Sequence record: PX246731.1
DNA length: 64,000 nt
Source of the DNA: a phage
Direction: 5' to 3' (one strand)
Below the pieces are notes generated by a model that saw nothing but the letters and a program-made list of their open reading frames with translations, had not been told where the DNA came from and did not search any database. Of the stretch, positions 25,245 to 35,749 are shown piece after piece. The position numbers were made by a program, and so were the translations under genes. The stretch's first letter is position 1. Every line of letters starts with the position of its first letter.

Positions 25245-27824
25245 ATGCGTTACATCACCTCTCAAGATACGGGTAAGTATCCCATTGCTATCCTCGGTCA
25301 TCAAATCCGAAGGGAGGAGATGATTAAAACCTACTTGCTGCCTAATGACCTAAGTATGGAAGATTTCATCTTCATTGAACTTCATTCTGCCCCTGGTAAG
25401 AAGAAGACTCCTGCAAGGGAGATTAAGGAGTTCATACAGCAGGAACTGCAACAAGTACTGGATGATGCAGAGACTCAGTACATTATCTGTACCGATTCTG
25501 ATTACTTTAAAATACTGACTAAAGAAGCTAAAGCAGAGGCTAACCTCGGCTATGTTTGTGACTCAGTATGGGGTAAGCAGAAGGTTATCTATGCACCTAG
25601 CTACAGACAGGTCTTTTATGACCCTCCTGTAGTGAAATCCAAGATTGCTCAGGGTATGGATGCATTACTTAACCACATTCGTGGACAGTATGCTGAACCA
25701 GGTCATGGAATCATTGAGTTTGAAGCCTACCCGGATACTCCAGAAAAGATTAAAGCCTGGCTAGACCAGTTGCTTGAGATGAATAAGCCACTGGCTATAG
25801 ACATTGAAGCATTCGGTTTAAAGCACTATAACGCAGGTATAGGGACAATTACATTCTGTTGGAGTAAGACACAAGGCATAGCCTTTAATGTGGACTACGA
25901 GCCAATTCCTGGAGCTACTGAAGCACCATATGGACGTATCAACAGGAATGATGTTGTTCGAAATCTTCTACGCGAGTTCTTCATTAAGTACACACAACGG
26001 CAGATGTATCACAACATTAGCTATGACGTGTATGTACTTATCTATCAGTTATTCATGGATAACCTGATTGATACAGAAGGCTTACTGCATGGCATGGAAA
26101 TCATGCTGCGTAATTGGGACTGTACTAAGCTAATCACTTACTTAGCTACTAACAGTTGTGCTGGTAATCACCTTAGTCTGAAAGATCAAGCTCAGGAGTA
26201 TGCTGGTAACTATGCTCAGGATGATATTAAAGACATTCGTCTTATTCCTAATGAGCAACTGTTACGCTACAACCTCATTGATGGTTTATGTACTTGGTAC
26301 ACCTATGAGAAGCACTGGGATACCTTGGTAGCTGATGACCAACTGGATGTTTACAACAACATCTTTAAGCCAGCTTGTGAAGACATCATCCAGATGCAAT
26401 TAACCGGTATGCCTATGAATATGGATACCGTTAACCAAGTAGCTAAGGAGATGGAAACTGACAGGAACCAAGCTCTGAAAACTATTCGTGAGTCTAAGCT
26501 CATGAAGAACTTCACCCTGATGCTTCGTCAGGAATGGGTAGATGATAAGAATGCTAAGCTTAAGAAGAAACAAGTAACGCTTGCTGACTGTGACATCGAG
26601 TTTAATCCAAACTCCGGTCCACAATTACAGAAGCTGTTATTTGATTATATTGGCTTACCGGTTCTTGGTCTTACTAAGAACAAGCAACCTGCTACTGACG
26701 GTGACACTATTAAAGCACTGCGTACACACACGCAGAGTGAAGATGTTAAGGAACTGCTCAATGCACTTATCGACTATAAGCTCGTGGATAAGATTATCAC
26801 TAGCTTTATACCAGCTTTCAGGAATGCCCAACCCGGGCCGGATGGATGGCACTACCTATTCGGCAACCTCAATTTGGGAGGCACAGTCTCCGGTAGGCTA
26901 TCGGCTTCAGAGCCAAATCTACAAACAATTCCATCCGGCTCTAAATATGCCAAGAAGATTAAGAAATGCTTCGAAGCTCCTCCAGGCTGGATATTTTGCG
27001 GCTTGGATTTCGCCTCGCTGGAAGACAGAATCTCTGCACTAACTACTAAAGACCCACAGAAGCTTAAGGTATATACCGATGGCTATGATGGGCACAGTCT
27101 CCGTGCATATGCTTACTTTGGTGAGCAGATGCCAGACATAGAAGACACAGTAGAATCCATTAACTCCATTCAGCATAAGTACAAATCATTACGTAGTGAC
27201 TCGAAGGCTCCAACCTTCTTGCTTACCTATGGTGGTACGTATATGGGGTTAATGAAAAACTGTGGCTTCTCTGAAGAGAAAGCTAAGACTACAGAGAAAC
27301 GTTATCACGACCTCTATGTAGTTAGCGACAAGTGGGTTCAGGCTAAGCTAGACGAAGCTGCCAAAACTGGTTATGTTACTGCCGCATTCGGTTTGAGAGT
27401 GCGTACTCCTTTACTGGCTCAGGTTTTACGTGGGACATGTAAGACTCCGTATGAAGCAGAAGCAGAAGGCAGAACTGCTGGTAATGCTTTAGGGCAAAGC
27501 TGGTGTCTACTGAATAACCGTGCTGGTTCAGAATTTATGCGTAAAGTCAGAGCCAGTGAGTTCAGGTTAGATATACGTCCTAGTATTCATATTCACGATG
27601 CTCAGTACTTCATGATTCGTGACAACATGGATACCTTGCAGTTCACGAACAAGCACTTGGTTGAGGCCGTTAACTGGCAAGACCATCCCGATATTGCTCA
27701 TCCAGAAGTTGGTTTGGGTGGGGAACTATCCTTGTTTTACCCAACGTGGGCTAACGAGATTGAAATTCCAAATCACGCTACCCCAGAAGAAGTTCATCAA
27801 ATAATTCAAAAGGCATTCGCATGA
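25245..27824 (+). CDS. family A DNA polymerase with 3-5 exonuclease domain (N4 gp39-like)
   Basis: Exo I IDIEAFGL; pol motif A LDFASLEDR; motif B RSDSKAPTFLLTYGG; motif C IHIHDAQYF. Confidence 0.9.
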   Translation: MRYITSQDTGKYPIAILGHQIRREEMIKTYLLPNDLSMEDFIFIELHSAPGKKKTPAREIKEFIQQELQQVLDDAETQYIICTDSDYFKILTKEAKAEANLGYVCDSVWGKQKVIYAPSYRQVFYDPPVVKSKIAQGMDALLNHIRGQYAEPGHGIIEFEAYPDTPEKIKAWLDQLLEMNKPLAIDIEAFGLKHYNAGIGTITFCWSKTQGIAFNVDYEPIPGATEAPYGRINRNDVVRNLLREFFIKYTQRQMYHNISYDVYVLIYQLFMDNLIDTEGLLHGMEIMLRNWDCTKLITYLATNSCAGNHLSLKDQAQEYAGNYAQDDIKDIRLIPNEQLLRYNLIDGLCTWYTYEKHWDTLVADDQLDVYNNIFKPACEDIIQMQLTGMPMNMDTVNQVAKEMETDRNQALKTIRESKLMKNFTLMLRQEWVDDKNAKLKKKQVTLADCDIEFNPNSGPQLQKLLFDYIGLPVLGLTKNKQPATDGDTIKALRTHTQSEDVKELLNALIDYKLVDKIITSFIPAFRNAQPGPDGWHYLFGNLNLGGTVSGRLSASEPNLQTIPSGSKYAKKIKKCFEAPPGWIFCGLDFASLEDRISALTTKDPQKLKVYTDGYDGHSLRAYAYFGEQMPDIEDTVESINSIQHKYKSLRSDSKAPTFLLTYGGTYMGLMKNCGFSEEKAKTTEKRYHDLYVVSDKWVQAKLDEAAKTGYVTAAFGLRVRTPLLAQVLRGTCKTPYEAEAEGRTAGNALGQSWCLLNNRAGSEFMRKVRASEFRLDIRPSIHIHDAQYFMIRDNMDTLQFTNKHLVEAVNWQDHPDIAHPEVGLGGELSLFYPTWANEIEIPNHATPEEVHQIIQKAFA

Positions 27825-28126
27825 CCAAAAGCACTAAAGAAACTGTAGTCAGAAAATATCATTGGATGGTAGCAGCACAGGTAGTATTCCAACTTCCTAA
27901 AGTGGATGATGGTTCCCTGCTTACCATGAATACAATGTTGCTCACTGATGAACCTTATGTGACCTATAAAGATTTGGCCCGTGCCAATCACTCCCTGAAA
28001 ATTAGTCTGGACCAACGCTTCGATACCTCAGTTGACTTGAAAGACATTGTTTACCTGTCTCTTAGCAACCTGGGTCTGATGTCTGAACCAGAGTTCCAGG
28101 CAAACATGATTCCTAAGGAGAAGTAA
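27821..28126 (+). CDS. hypothetical protein (101 aa)
   Basis: ORF, overlapping start. Confidence 0.5.
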   Translation: MTKSTKETVVRKYHWMVAAQVVFQLPKVDDGSLLTMNTMLLTDEPYVTYKDLARANHSLKISLDQRFDTSVDLKDIVYLSLSNLGLMSEPEFQANMIPKEK

Positions 28127-28593
28127 TGGCTAAGCTCTCCGGTGGATTGAATAACTGGTATGTAGTACCAGTTAAGCACCCTCAACGGAAAGAGCAAGAG
28201 CCATATCAAGCGGAGTGTGAGGATATTATCCAAGCACTGGGCATGACCTTCGATGAAGGTTGTGCCTTTAAAGCTCTATGGCGAAATGCTGCTGCCCGTA
28301 TGGGTAATGGTAAACCAGGAAACACTTCAGTATATGACGCTGAAAAGCTAGTTCATTACGCTAATCGTATTCTTACTAAGGAGAAGTTAGTAGATGAATT
28401 GCCTGCCACAGATACCACTGCTATTGGGAGATGCTGGCATTACCCAGGAAATGGGAAGCCTTATATAACAACAAACTTTCAGTTCATTGAGGTAGCGTAC
28501 AAAGGTGAGCTAGATAATATAGTCAGCTATAACTTCGATGAGGTAGAGGGTATTCGCTGGAACCAGGTGCATAAATACAGGATTACTTACTGA
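28126..28593 (+). CDS. hypothetical protein (155 aa)
   Basis: ORF. Confidence 0.5.
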   Translation: MAKLSGGLNNWYVVPVKHPQRKEQEPYQAECEDIIQALGMTFDEGCAFKALWRNAAARMGNGKPGNTSVYDAEKLVHYANRILTKEKLVDELPATDTTAIGRCWHYPGNGKPYITTNFQFIEVAYKGELDNIVSYNFDEVEGIRWNQVHKYRITY

Positions 28594-29573
28594 TGAAGAT
28601 AACCAACAATCATGGTGTCTCACTGGCCCTGGCTGTATGGCTATTACATGACGAGTATGATTACGTAGACAATCCTAAGTATTTGTCTGTTACTACATTG
28701 CTTAAGCCTATTAAGCAAATCGTCATGAAACATCGTGTAGATCTTAGTGACCAGTCAATTGATGTTATGGATTTCGTCTCCACATCAATGGGTACTGGTT
28801 TACATGATTCTATCGAGAAAGCCTGGAAGCTGGGACATAAGACTGCATTGAAGAAGTTGGGATATCCTCAGCGAGTAATTGATGCAGTAGTTATTAACCC
28901 AACCAAAGCAGACTTTGATGCTAACCCTGACCTTATCCCAATCTACATTGAACAACGTGGAACCAGGGTAGTTAAGGGTTGGACTATCGGTGGTAAGTTC
29001 GACATCGTAACAGAAGGTCTGCTGCAAGACTTTAAGTCCACCTCAACCTATTCCTGGGTTGCTGGTTCCCGTGATGATGAACACAAGATGCAAGGCAGCT
29101 TGTACCGTTGGATTCACAACGACATCATTACTGAGGATGTAATCCGTATTAACTACATCTTCACTGATTTCATGAAGCACATGGCTAATAGCAACCCGAA
29201 CTATCCTGCTAATCGTATTATGCACAAGGATATTCCGTTGCTATCTGTCGAGAATACTGAACGTTGGGTAGAAGAGAAGATTCACCTCATTGAGAAGTAC
29301 TGGAATGCACCTGAAGAGGAAATTCCTGAATGTACTGACGAGGAGTTGTGGCGAACAGAGCCACAGTTCAAATACTTCTCTGATGCTTCCAAGGTAGATG
29401 TGCCTGGAGCCAGAAGTACCAAAAACTTTGACGATATGGCATCTGCTCGTATCTTCATGGCTGAAAAAGGTGGCAAGGGTGCTATCAAGGTCGTGGAGGG
29501 GCAGGTTAAGCGTTGTCTATACTGCCCTGTCGCGTCCATTTGCAAACAAAGAGAGAGATATTTTCCATCATGA
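28593..29573 (+). CDS. PD-(D/E)xK nuclease, Cas4/RecB-like, with C-terminal Cys cluster (tentative)
   Basis: GKFDIV...LQDFK looks like a D...(D/E)xK core; C-terminal CLYCPVASIC is a CX2CX5C cluster. Confidence 0.45.
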   Translation: MKITNNHGVSLALAVWLLHDEYDYVDNPKYLSVTTLLKPIKQIVMKHRVDLSDQSIDVMDFVSTSMGTGLHDSIEKAWKLGHKTALKKLGYPQRVIDAVVINPTKADFDANPDLIPIYIEQRGTRVVKGWTIGGKFDIVTEGLLQDFKSTSTYSWVAGSRDDEHKMQGSLYRWIHNDIITEDVIRINYIFTDFMKHMANSNPNYPANRIMHKDIPLLSVENTERWVEEKIHLIEKYWNAPEEEIPECTDEELWRTEPQFKYFSDASKVDVPGARSTKNFDDMASARIFMAEKGGKGAIKVVEGQVKRCLYCPVASICKQRERYFPS

Positions 29574-31723
29574 GTATTGACCTGACCGGAGTCACTCACC
29601 ACCCTGCAATTGAAGAAATTGTAGACGTGCTGTGTAACAAGACGCAAAACAACGACAGAGGATTCTTCCGTGTCGAAGTAGCCTACTTCCTGGCTAAAAT
29701 GGCATCCTGCATGGGTGCAACCATTGTCACTAAAGACCGTGGTGACTTACCAGTCAACATTTACGCTATGGCATTAGCAACGTCTGGCTTCGGTAAAGGT
29801 CACTCGGTAAATATTATTGAAGACGGGTTCATGACTGGCTTCCGTAAACGCTTTATGGAAGACACCATGCCCGTCATTGCAAATGACCGTTTATGGAAGA
29901 TTGCTAACGAACGTGCTGCTCGTCAGGGTACAGACCAGAACGATGAGTTTGATAAAGTTGAAGCAGAATATAAACGTGCTGGGGCATACCCGTTTACGTT
30001 TGACTCGGGTACTCCACCAGCAGTGAAACAGCTACGGCATAAGCTGTTAATGGCTGGGTGTGGTTCAATCAACCTTCAGATTGATGAGATTGGTTCAAAC
30101 CTGTTGGCTAACACAGATGTATTAACCCTGTTCCTGGAATTATATGACCAGGGTAAGGTTAAACAGAAGTTAACCAAGAATACTGCTGAAAGTGTCCGTG
30201 GGGAAGAACTGGATGGTAAGACTCCAGCTAACCTGTTGCTGTTTGGTACACCAAGTAAGCTACTGGATGGTGGTCAGACTGAAGACCAGTTCTATGACTT
30301 TCTGGATACAGGATATGCTCGTCGCTGTCTGTTTGCCATTGGGCATATAGACAAACGAGCACATGCAACAATGTCTCCAGAAGAAATCTACCGTAACCTG
30401 ATTAAGCAGGATAACGTACAGTCTCTAGGTAAGTGGGCTAATCATTTCCATAGTTTGGCTGACCCAAACCTGTTTGGCTTTAAGATGGTTGTGGAAGATG
30501 CAGTGGGCATTGCTCTGATTACTTACAAGATTGATTGTGAGAAACAAGCAGAAGCTATGGCTGACCACGAAGAAATTCGTAAAGCTGAAATCTCTCACCG
30601 TTACTTCAAAGCTCTTAAGCTGGCTGGAGCACTGGCGTTTGTTGACCAGAGTTCATTCATTGAGATGTCCCACCTTAAACAAGCAATTCTGCTTGTAGAA
30701 GAATCCGGAGCAGCATTCCAGGGTATCCTCAATCGTGAGAAAGCCTACGTGAAGCTGGCTAAGTACATTGCCTCTGTAGGTAAAGAAGTGACTCATGCTG
30801 ACTTACTGGAGTCATTGCCGTTCTATAAGAGTGGCAATGCAGCTCGTAATGAGATGATGACTCTTGCTACAGCATGGGGTTATAAGCAGCACATCATTAT
30901 TAAGAAGACCTTCAATGAAGGTATTGAGTTCTTCCGTGGGGAAACTCTGAAAGAAACTGACATCAATGAGATGATAGTGGCATATAGTGATAGCTTTGCT
31001 TATGACTACATTGGTGAACGTGTACCGTTCGACCAGTTGCATGTATTAACCCAAGCTCCCGGTATGCACTGGGTGAACCACCACATGAAGAATGGACATC
31101 GTTCTGAAGAGAACGTTATTCCAGGATTTAACATGATTGTTATTGACTGTGATGGTGGAGTACCACTGCATACGTGCCATGAACTGATGAAGGAATATAA
31201 GTTCATGACCTATACCACTAAGCGTCATTCCGATGAAGAGAATCGCTTCCGGCTGATTATTCCAATGAACTATGAGTTACACCTCGATACCGAGGAATAC
31301 AAAGAGTTCATGAATAACGTCATGTCTTGGCTACCGTTTGAAACGGATGAATCTGCTAATCAGCGAGCCAAGAAGTGGATGTCCTGTGAGACTGGTTCTT
31401 ATCATTACAACCTTGAAGCAAATCTGTTGGACGTGCGTGACTTTATTCCTCGTACTAGTAAGAACGAGCAGTTCCAGAACCAGATGAAGGAAGTACAGTC
31501 GTTGGATAATCTGGAGCGTTGGTTCGCTAGTCGTATTGCTACCGGTAATCGTAATAATCAAATGATTAAGTACGCACTGGCATTGGTTGACAGTGGTTGG
31601 GATTTTGCCCAAGTACAGCAAGCCGTCCACTCATTCAATAAGAAACTGGCTAATCCATTGCCTGATGATGAATTGAATGCAACCGTAATGGTCACCGTGG
31701 CTAAACGCTTCGCTGGCAAGTAA
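29570..31723 (+). CDS. primase-like replication protein (AEP-type DxD motif in C-terminal part)
   Basis: MIVIDCDGG resembles the archaeo-eukaryotic primase motif I; position in replication module; start at ATG 29570. Confidence 0.45.
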   Translation: MSIDLTGVTHHPAIEEIVDVLCNKTQNNDRGFFRVEVAYFLAKMASCMGATIVTKDRGDLPVNIYAMALATSGFGKGHSVNIIEDGFMTGFRKRFMEDTMPVIANDRLWKIANERAARQGTDQNDEFDKVEAEYKRAGAYPFTFDSGTPPAVKQLRHKLLMAGCGSINLQIDEIGSNLLANTDVLTLFLELYDQGKVKQKLTKNTAESVRGEELDGKTPANLLLFGTPSKLLDGGQTEDQFYDFLDTGYARRCLFAIGHIDKRAHATMSPEEIYRNLIKQDNVQSLGKWANHFHSLADPNLFGFKMVVEDAVGIALITYKIDCEKQAEAMADHEEIRKAEISHRYFKALKLAGALAFVDQSSFIEMSHLKQAILLVEESGAAFQGILNREKAYVKLAKYIASVGKEVTHADLLESLPFYKSGNAARNEMMTLATAWGYKQHIIIKKTFNEGIEFFRGETLKETDINEMIVAYSDSFAYDYIGERVPFDQLHVLTQAPGMHWVNHHMKNGHRSEENVIPGFNMIVIDCDGGVPLHTCHELMKEYKFMTYTTKRHSDEENRFRLIIPMNYELHLDTEEYKEFMNNVMSWLPFETDESANQRAKKWMSCETGSYHYNLEANLLDVRDFIPRTSKNEQFQNQMKEVQSLDNLERWFASRIATGNRNNQMIKYALALVDSGWDFAQVQQAVHSFNKKLANPLPDDELNATVMVTVAKRFAGK

Positions 31724-31779
31724 GCAAACAGGAGTCTTTCTTTGGTTTGAAGGACTCCTAAATTAAATGAGGAAAAATA

Positions 31780-32532
31780 ATGTCCGAAGTAATTCCCAAT
31801 GATATGAACACTCAGCTAATCCTGATTGCAGGATTCTCAGCGAGTGGTAAATCAGCATCACTGCGTAACATCCGGAACCAGGAACGCTGGCTCTATCTGA
31901 ATACTGAAGCAGGTAAACGTCTGCCTTTCCGTAACAAATTTAATACTTACAACATTGAAGACCCATACCAGATTTGGGAAGCATTTGATGTTGCATCTCC
32001 TGGTGGAGAAATGGCAGATGATGTTGATGGTATCATCATTGACTCAGCAACCTTTATGATGGATATGCTGGAATCCCAGTACGTATTGCCTTCTGCAAAT
32101 ACGCAAAAGGCATGGGGTGACTTTGCACAGTTCTTTAAGATACTGCTGCAACAAAAAGTCGTTAAGTTTGGTAAGCCAGTAATCATTACTGCTCATGCTA
32201 AAGACGAACTTGATGAAGCTGCTGGTGTAATGAAAACATTCATCCCAGTGAAAGGTTCTCTGAAGAATAACGGGCTTGAAGCCTACTTCTCTACAGTGGT
32301 TTACGCAGAACGTGTAGACATTAAAGAACTGGAGAAGTACGGAAACAAGATGCTTGAAATTACGGAAGAAGAACGTGACTTAGGGTATAAGCACGTATTC
32401 CAGACCCGTCCAACTAAGAAGTCGGTCGGTAAACGACTTCGTTCTCCAATGGGTATGTTCGATAAGTCCGAGACTTACATTGATAACGATGCCCAAAAAC
32501 TCTTAGACCATCTGGCTGAATACTACGCTTAA
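31780..32532 (+). CDS. P-loop ATPase (replication/recombination-associated)
   Basis: Walker A GFSASGKS near N-terminus. Confidence 0.5.
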   Translation: MSEVIPNDMNTQLILIAGFSASGKSASLRNIRNQERWLYLNTEAGKRLPFRNKFNTYNIEDPYQIWEAFDVASPGGEMADDVDGIIIDSATFMMDMLESQYVLPSANTQKAWGDFAQFFKILLQQKVVKFGKPVIITAHAKDELDEAAGVMKTFIPVKGSLKNNGLEAYFSTVVYAERVDIKELEKYGNKMLEITEEERDLGYKHVFQTRPTKKSVGKRLRSPMGMFDKSETYIDNDAQKLLDHLAEYYA

Positions 32533-32571
32533 GCGTTTGCCTGGTTGTTAATCACTTATTAGGAAAATCAT

Positions 32572-33369
32572 ATGTCATTGTTCAGTAATCTGAAAGAAAA
32601 AACCAAAAACGTTGAAGCTGTTAAAGACTCCCTGGGTGGTGGTGGCTTCGGTGCAAAAGAAACCGATATCTACACTGGTACTGTAAAAGTAGCTTACGTA
32701 GGCAAAGCTGACTCTGGTGCAGATTGGATGCAGTTAATCATTGAAGACCTGAAGAACTCTGATGGCGTACCTGCTGGTGAGTTCCGTGCTCAGGTGTACT
32801 TCACTTCTGGTAATGCTAAAGGCAACAAGCCGACTTACGAGAAGAACGGTAAAGAGTACTTCTTGCCTGGCTACACTGTCATTAACGACATGATGCTGAT
32901 GGCTACCGGTACTGAACTGCCTGAAGCTGACTTCGAAGAGAAGATTGTTAAAGTCTATGACTTCGATGCTAAAGCAGAAGTTAATAAATCCGTCATGGTT
33001 CCGGTTGACCTGGTAGGTCAGACTGTTACCTTCGCTCTGGAAAAGGTTCTGGAATCCAAGCAGGTTAAAGGTGACAACGGTTACGTTGACTCCGGTGAAA
33101 CTCGTGAAGTAAACGAGATTCAGAAAGTGTTTCATCCGGAACTGTTGGTCACAGTCGTCGAAGCTCAGGAAGCAGAGAAGGCTGAGAAAGAACTGACCCC
33201 AGAACTGGCTGTATTCTATGCAGCATGGCTAGAGAAGAACAAAGGCAAGACTCGTGACAAGACTAAGAGTTCTGCTGGTGGTAATGGTAAAGGTGGCTTG
33301 CCTCCTAAACCTGGTGCTGGCACGGGTACTACTCCTACTGGTGGTAAATCACTGTTCGGTAAACGTTAA
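32572..33369 (+). CDS. single-stranded DNA-binding protein, N4 gp45-like (tentative)
   Basis: 265 aa, close to N4 SSB size; Gly-rich tail; placed between replication ATPase and RuvC-like gene. Confidence 0.45.
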   Translation: MSLFSNLKEKTKNVEAVKDSLGGGGFGAKETDIYTGTVKVAYVGKADSGADWMQLIIEDLKNSDGVPAGEFRAQVYFTSGNAKGNKPTYEKNGKEYFLPGYTVINDMMLMATGTELPEADFEEKIVKVYDFDAKAEVNKSVMVPVDLVGQTVTFALEKVLESKQVKGDNGYVDSGETREVNEIQKVFHPELLVTVVEAQEAEKAEKELTPELAVFYAAWLEKNKGKTRDKTKSSAGGNGKGGLPPKPGAGTGTTPTGGKSLFGKR

Positions 33370-33923
33370 TGAAAATCCCAATTGTCGGTGCAGACATTAG
33401 TCTCCGCAATTGGGGTTTAGCTCGTGGGATGCTGGACATTGAGTCCGGCGTCTTCGAGCAGGTCGAACTTAAACTGGTTCAAACTGAAGTTGACCACAAC
33501 AAACAAGTTCGAACCAACTCCAAAGATATACAAGCCGCTCACGATTTGTTTCTTGGTTGTGAGGAATGGTTACGGTCTGCTAAAGCAGTATTCGTAGAAG
33601 TACCAGTAGGCTCTCAGTCTGCTAACGGTATGAAATCCTATGGCGTATGCGTAGGATTAATAGGTGCATTTCGTGCATTGGGTTGTCCAATCTTTGAAGT
33701 ATCCCCAATTGAAAACAAACTTGCACTGGTCGGTGATAAAACTGCATCCAAGGACACGATGATTCGTGCTGCTCATGCCATCTATCCTGAAGCCAACTGG
33801 CTCACGGATAAGAAAGGCAAACTTCTGAATAAGAATGAGCACTTAGCAGATGCAATCGGTGCAATCCATGCTGGTGTAAATCTCCCAGCTTTCCAGAACC
33901 TCATTAAATTATTAAAGGCGTAA
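33369..33923 (+). CDS. RuvC-like Holliday junction resolvase
   Basis: N-terminal IVGADIS, central FVEVP, C-terminal EHLADAIGAIHAG resemble RuvC catalytic motifs. Confidence 0.55.
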   Translation: MKIPIVGADISLRNWGLARGMLDIESGVFEQVELKLVQTEVDHNKQVRTNSKDIQAAHDLFLGCEEWLRSAKAVFVEVPVGSQSANGMKSYGVCVGLIGAFRALGCPIFEVSPIENKLALVGDKTASKDTMIRAAHAIYPEANWLTDKKGKLLNKNEHLADAIGAIHAGVNLPAFQNLIKLLKA

Positions 33924-33924
33924 T

Positions 33925-34371
33925 ATGCAAATCATTTTGAACCAGTCCGAAGTAGAAGCTGCTGTACAGGCTTATGTCGATGATCAAATCAATCTTGCTG
34001 GTGACATCAATATTGTCATCAATGCAGATGGTACTGCCTCCGTTGGTATTAATGAAGAGGTAAGTCATGATGATGACACCCCACCCGTGGTAGAGAAGAA
34101 GACTCGTCGTTCTCGTAAGAACCCACAAGAAGCTAAACATCGTCCGGTAGAACCAGAACCGGAAGAAGTAGCTGAAGAGGTAAAGGTAGAAGAAACCCAG
34201 ACCTCTACTGGTGGTCAGAACGAGAGTTCTACGCCGGAACCTGAAGAAGAAGAAGCAGTAACTGAACCAGAAGCACAAGAAGAAGTTGTGCAGGAAGAAG
34301 TTAAGGCTGAAGAACCAGCAGAAAAACCTGCTACTAAGCCTTCACTGTTCGCTGGCCTTAAACGTAGTTAA
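33925..34371 (+). CDS. acidic Glu-rich protein (148 aa)
   Basis: ORF; C-terminal half highly acidic (EPEPEEVAEE...). Confidence 0.5.
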   Translation: MQIILNQSEVEAAVQAYVDDQINLAGDINIVINADGTASVGINEEVSHDDDTPPVVEKKTRRSRKNPQEAKHRPVEPEPEEVAEEVKVEETQTSTGGQNESSTPEPEEEEAVTEPEAQEEVVQEEVKAEEPAEKPATKPSLFAGLKRS

Positions 34372-34602
34372 TCTGGTAGGTGGCTCAGAAGCTGCTGCTA
34401 GGTGTGGTAGTGTTTATAGTCCTGATGCTACTACTGGTCAGGATTATAGACGTGTCGGCTCCATACATAGCTTTTATCATCACTGTCATTATCCTGTGGA
34501 AATGCAGTGGTAAACACGGTGGTGACAAGCCGCCAGAGTAACAACAACCGAACCAGTGTGCAGGAATACTCTCCCCTGTGCATTGGTTCAACTGAGGCCA
34601 AT

Positions 34603-34773
34603 ATGAACAAATTTACTATTCACTGGTTTAATGGAAAGGTTAGTTCTTTCATGGGTGGAGAACCTGCTGAAGGAAAGAAAGCATTTCACATTGAATCAGA
34701 AGGCTGCAAAATCTTAGTACCGTATGTTTGGTATAAAGATGGTGAAGTAGAAGCATTAAAAAAGAGTAGTTAA
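34603..34773 (+). CDS. small hypothetical protein (56 aa)
   Basis: ATG with GAGG RBS; the upstream part of the listed ORF lacks an RBS. Confidence 0.4.
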   Translation: MNKFTIHWFNGKVSSFMGGEPAEGKKAFHIESEGCKILVPYVWYKDGEVEALKKSS

Positions 34774-35349
34774 TATCGTGAAGGGTTCTGTTAGAATCCT
34801 TTGAGATAGGAACTCCTATCATAACCTTTCTTAACTTAATCTTTGCCGTATGGCACTGACGCTAGGGTTGATGCCCATCCGTCAGTTAGACTATTTTAAG
34901 AATGGGTTATCACAGAAAATGTAAAGCAACATTCGGGTTAATCAATGGCCTCTCCCTATATGGGCCATTTCTGAATCTTAGGCTATATCCCAAAGGTTAG
35001 TATCTTTGGGATAAGGCTTCAGATCCCTTATCAAACTAACGCTCATGTTGAGCACAACATTAACCCTTAATGTCGGATAGTTCATTAGGCTATTCCTCCA
35101 ACATCGAGATGTTAGGTCTTACATGTAAGCTAAAACATAGGGTAAAGAGGGACTTGTCATCCCTCCCCTATTATGACATCCTATCAATGAGTACATTAAG
35201 CTAACGTGCGGAGGTTTACACTGTAGCCGGTGTAGATAGAGAAGACGGCAGGATAGCTACCTGTGCTTAGTGTACTCTTTGATAGGTTGTGCTATCAAAG
35301 TCCAGACGATATCTGAGTGACTTTAAAAACAGATGGAGCCAGGTGGAAT

Positions 35350-35429
35350 CCCTGGCAATTAATTCCGGTGTAGGTACTAGTGTCGTGCACGGCATGAGCA
35401 TTCTGGTTCGAGTCCAGACGCCGGAACCA
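35350..35429 (+). tRNA. tRNA candidate with encoded CCA (5-prime boundary uncertain)
   Basis: T-arm TCTGG-TTCGAGT-CCAGA at 35402-35418, acceptor 3-prime strand CGCCGGA pairs with TCCGGTG at 35364-35370, then A-CCA; full cloverleaf not resolved by hand. Confidence 0.35.
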
Positions 35430-35477
35430 ATTACCAGTTGCACGAGATGGCTTGACATGTTCAAGTTTGGACTAAGT

Positions 35478-35555
35478 ATGACACCGCTAGATTGGAGGGC
35501 TGCTGCGGTAAGCTATAGACTCCAACCGGGGGTTCGAATCCCTCACTGGTAACCA
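35478..35555 (+). tRNA. tRNA candidate with encoded CCA (5-prime boundary uncertain)
   Basis: T-arm GGGGG-TTCGAAT-CCCTC at 35528-35544, then ACTGGTA-A-CCA; a perfect complement TACCAGT lies at 35432-35438, which would imply an insertion. Confidence 0.35.
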
Positions 35556-35675
35556 ATTCAAAGTAGCATTGTGATAATCCATCCCGGAGTTCAAAGGCCA
35601 AACATGGAGCAGTGCTACTTTGAATTAGAAGAATTATGGCGGGTCTGGTGAAGTAGATGGGGTTCGATTCCCTCC

Positions 35676-35749
35676 GGTGGGTAAAACCACTAGCGTGCTT
35701 GGTGCACGAATAAGACTTAATACTGGTGGTTCGATTCCATCCCCCGTTA
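35676..35749 (+). tRNA. tRNA candidate (boundaries uncertain; a second T-arm motif at 35658-35674 precedes it)
   Basis: T-arm GGTGG-TTCGATT-CCATC at 35725-35741 and acceptor-like CCCCGTT; GATGGGG at 35656 or GGTGGGT at 35676 could pair with it. Confidence 0.3.

Noticed and set aside
26581-27042. 153-aa plus-strand ORF in another frame inside the DNA polymerase gene
   Set aside because: Embedded in a gene with clear polymerase motifs; no RBS
34286-34513. 75-aa ORF overlapping the end of the acidic protein gene
   Set aside because: Start lies inside the upstream gene and there is no convincing RBS; a shorter ORF starting near 34376 cannot be excluded
35364-35429. Canonical 63-nt tRNA defined by TCCGGTG/CGCCGGA acceptor pairing
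   Set aside because: Too short for a standard cloverleaf and no anticodon stem-loop could be placed by hand; kept only as a candidate
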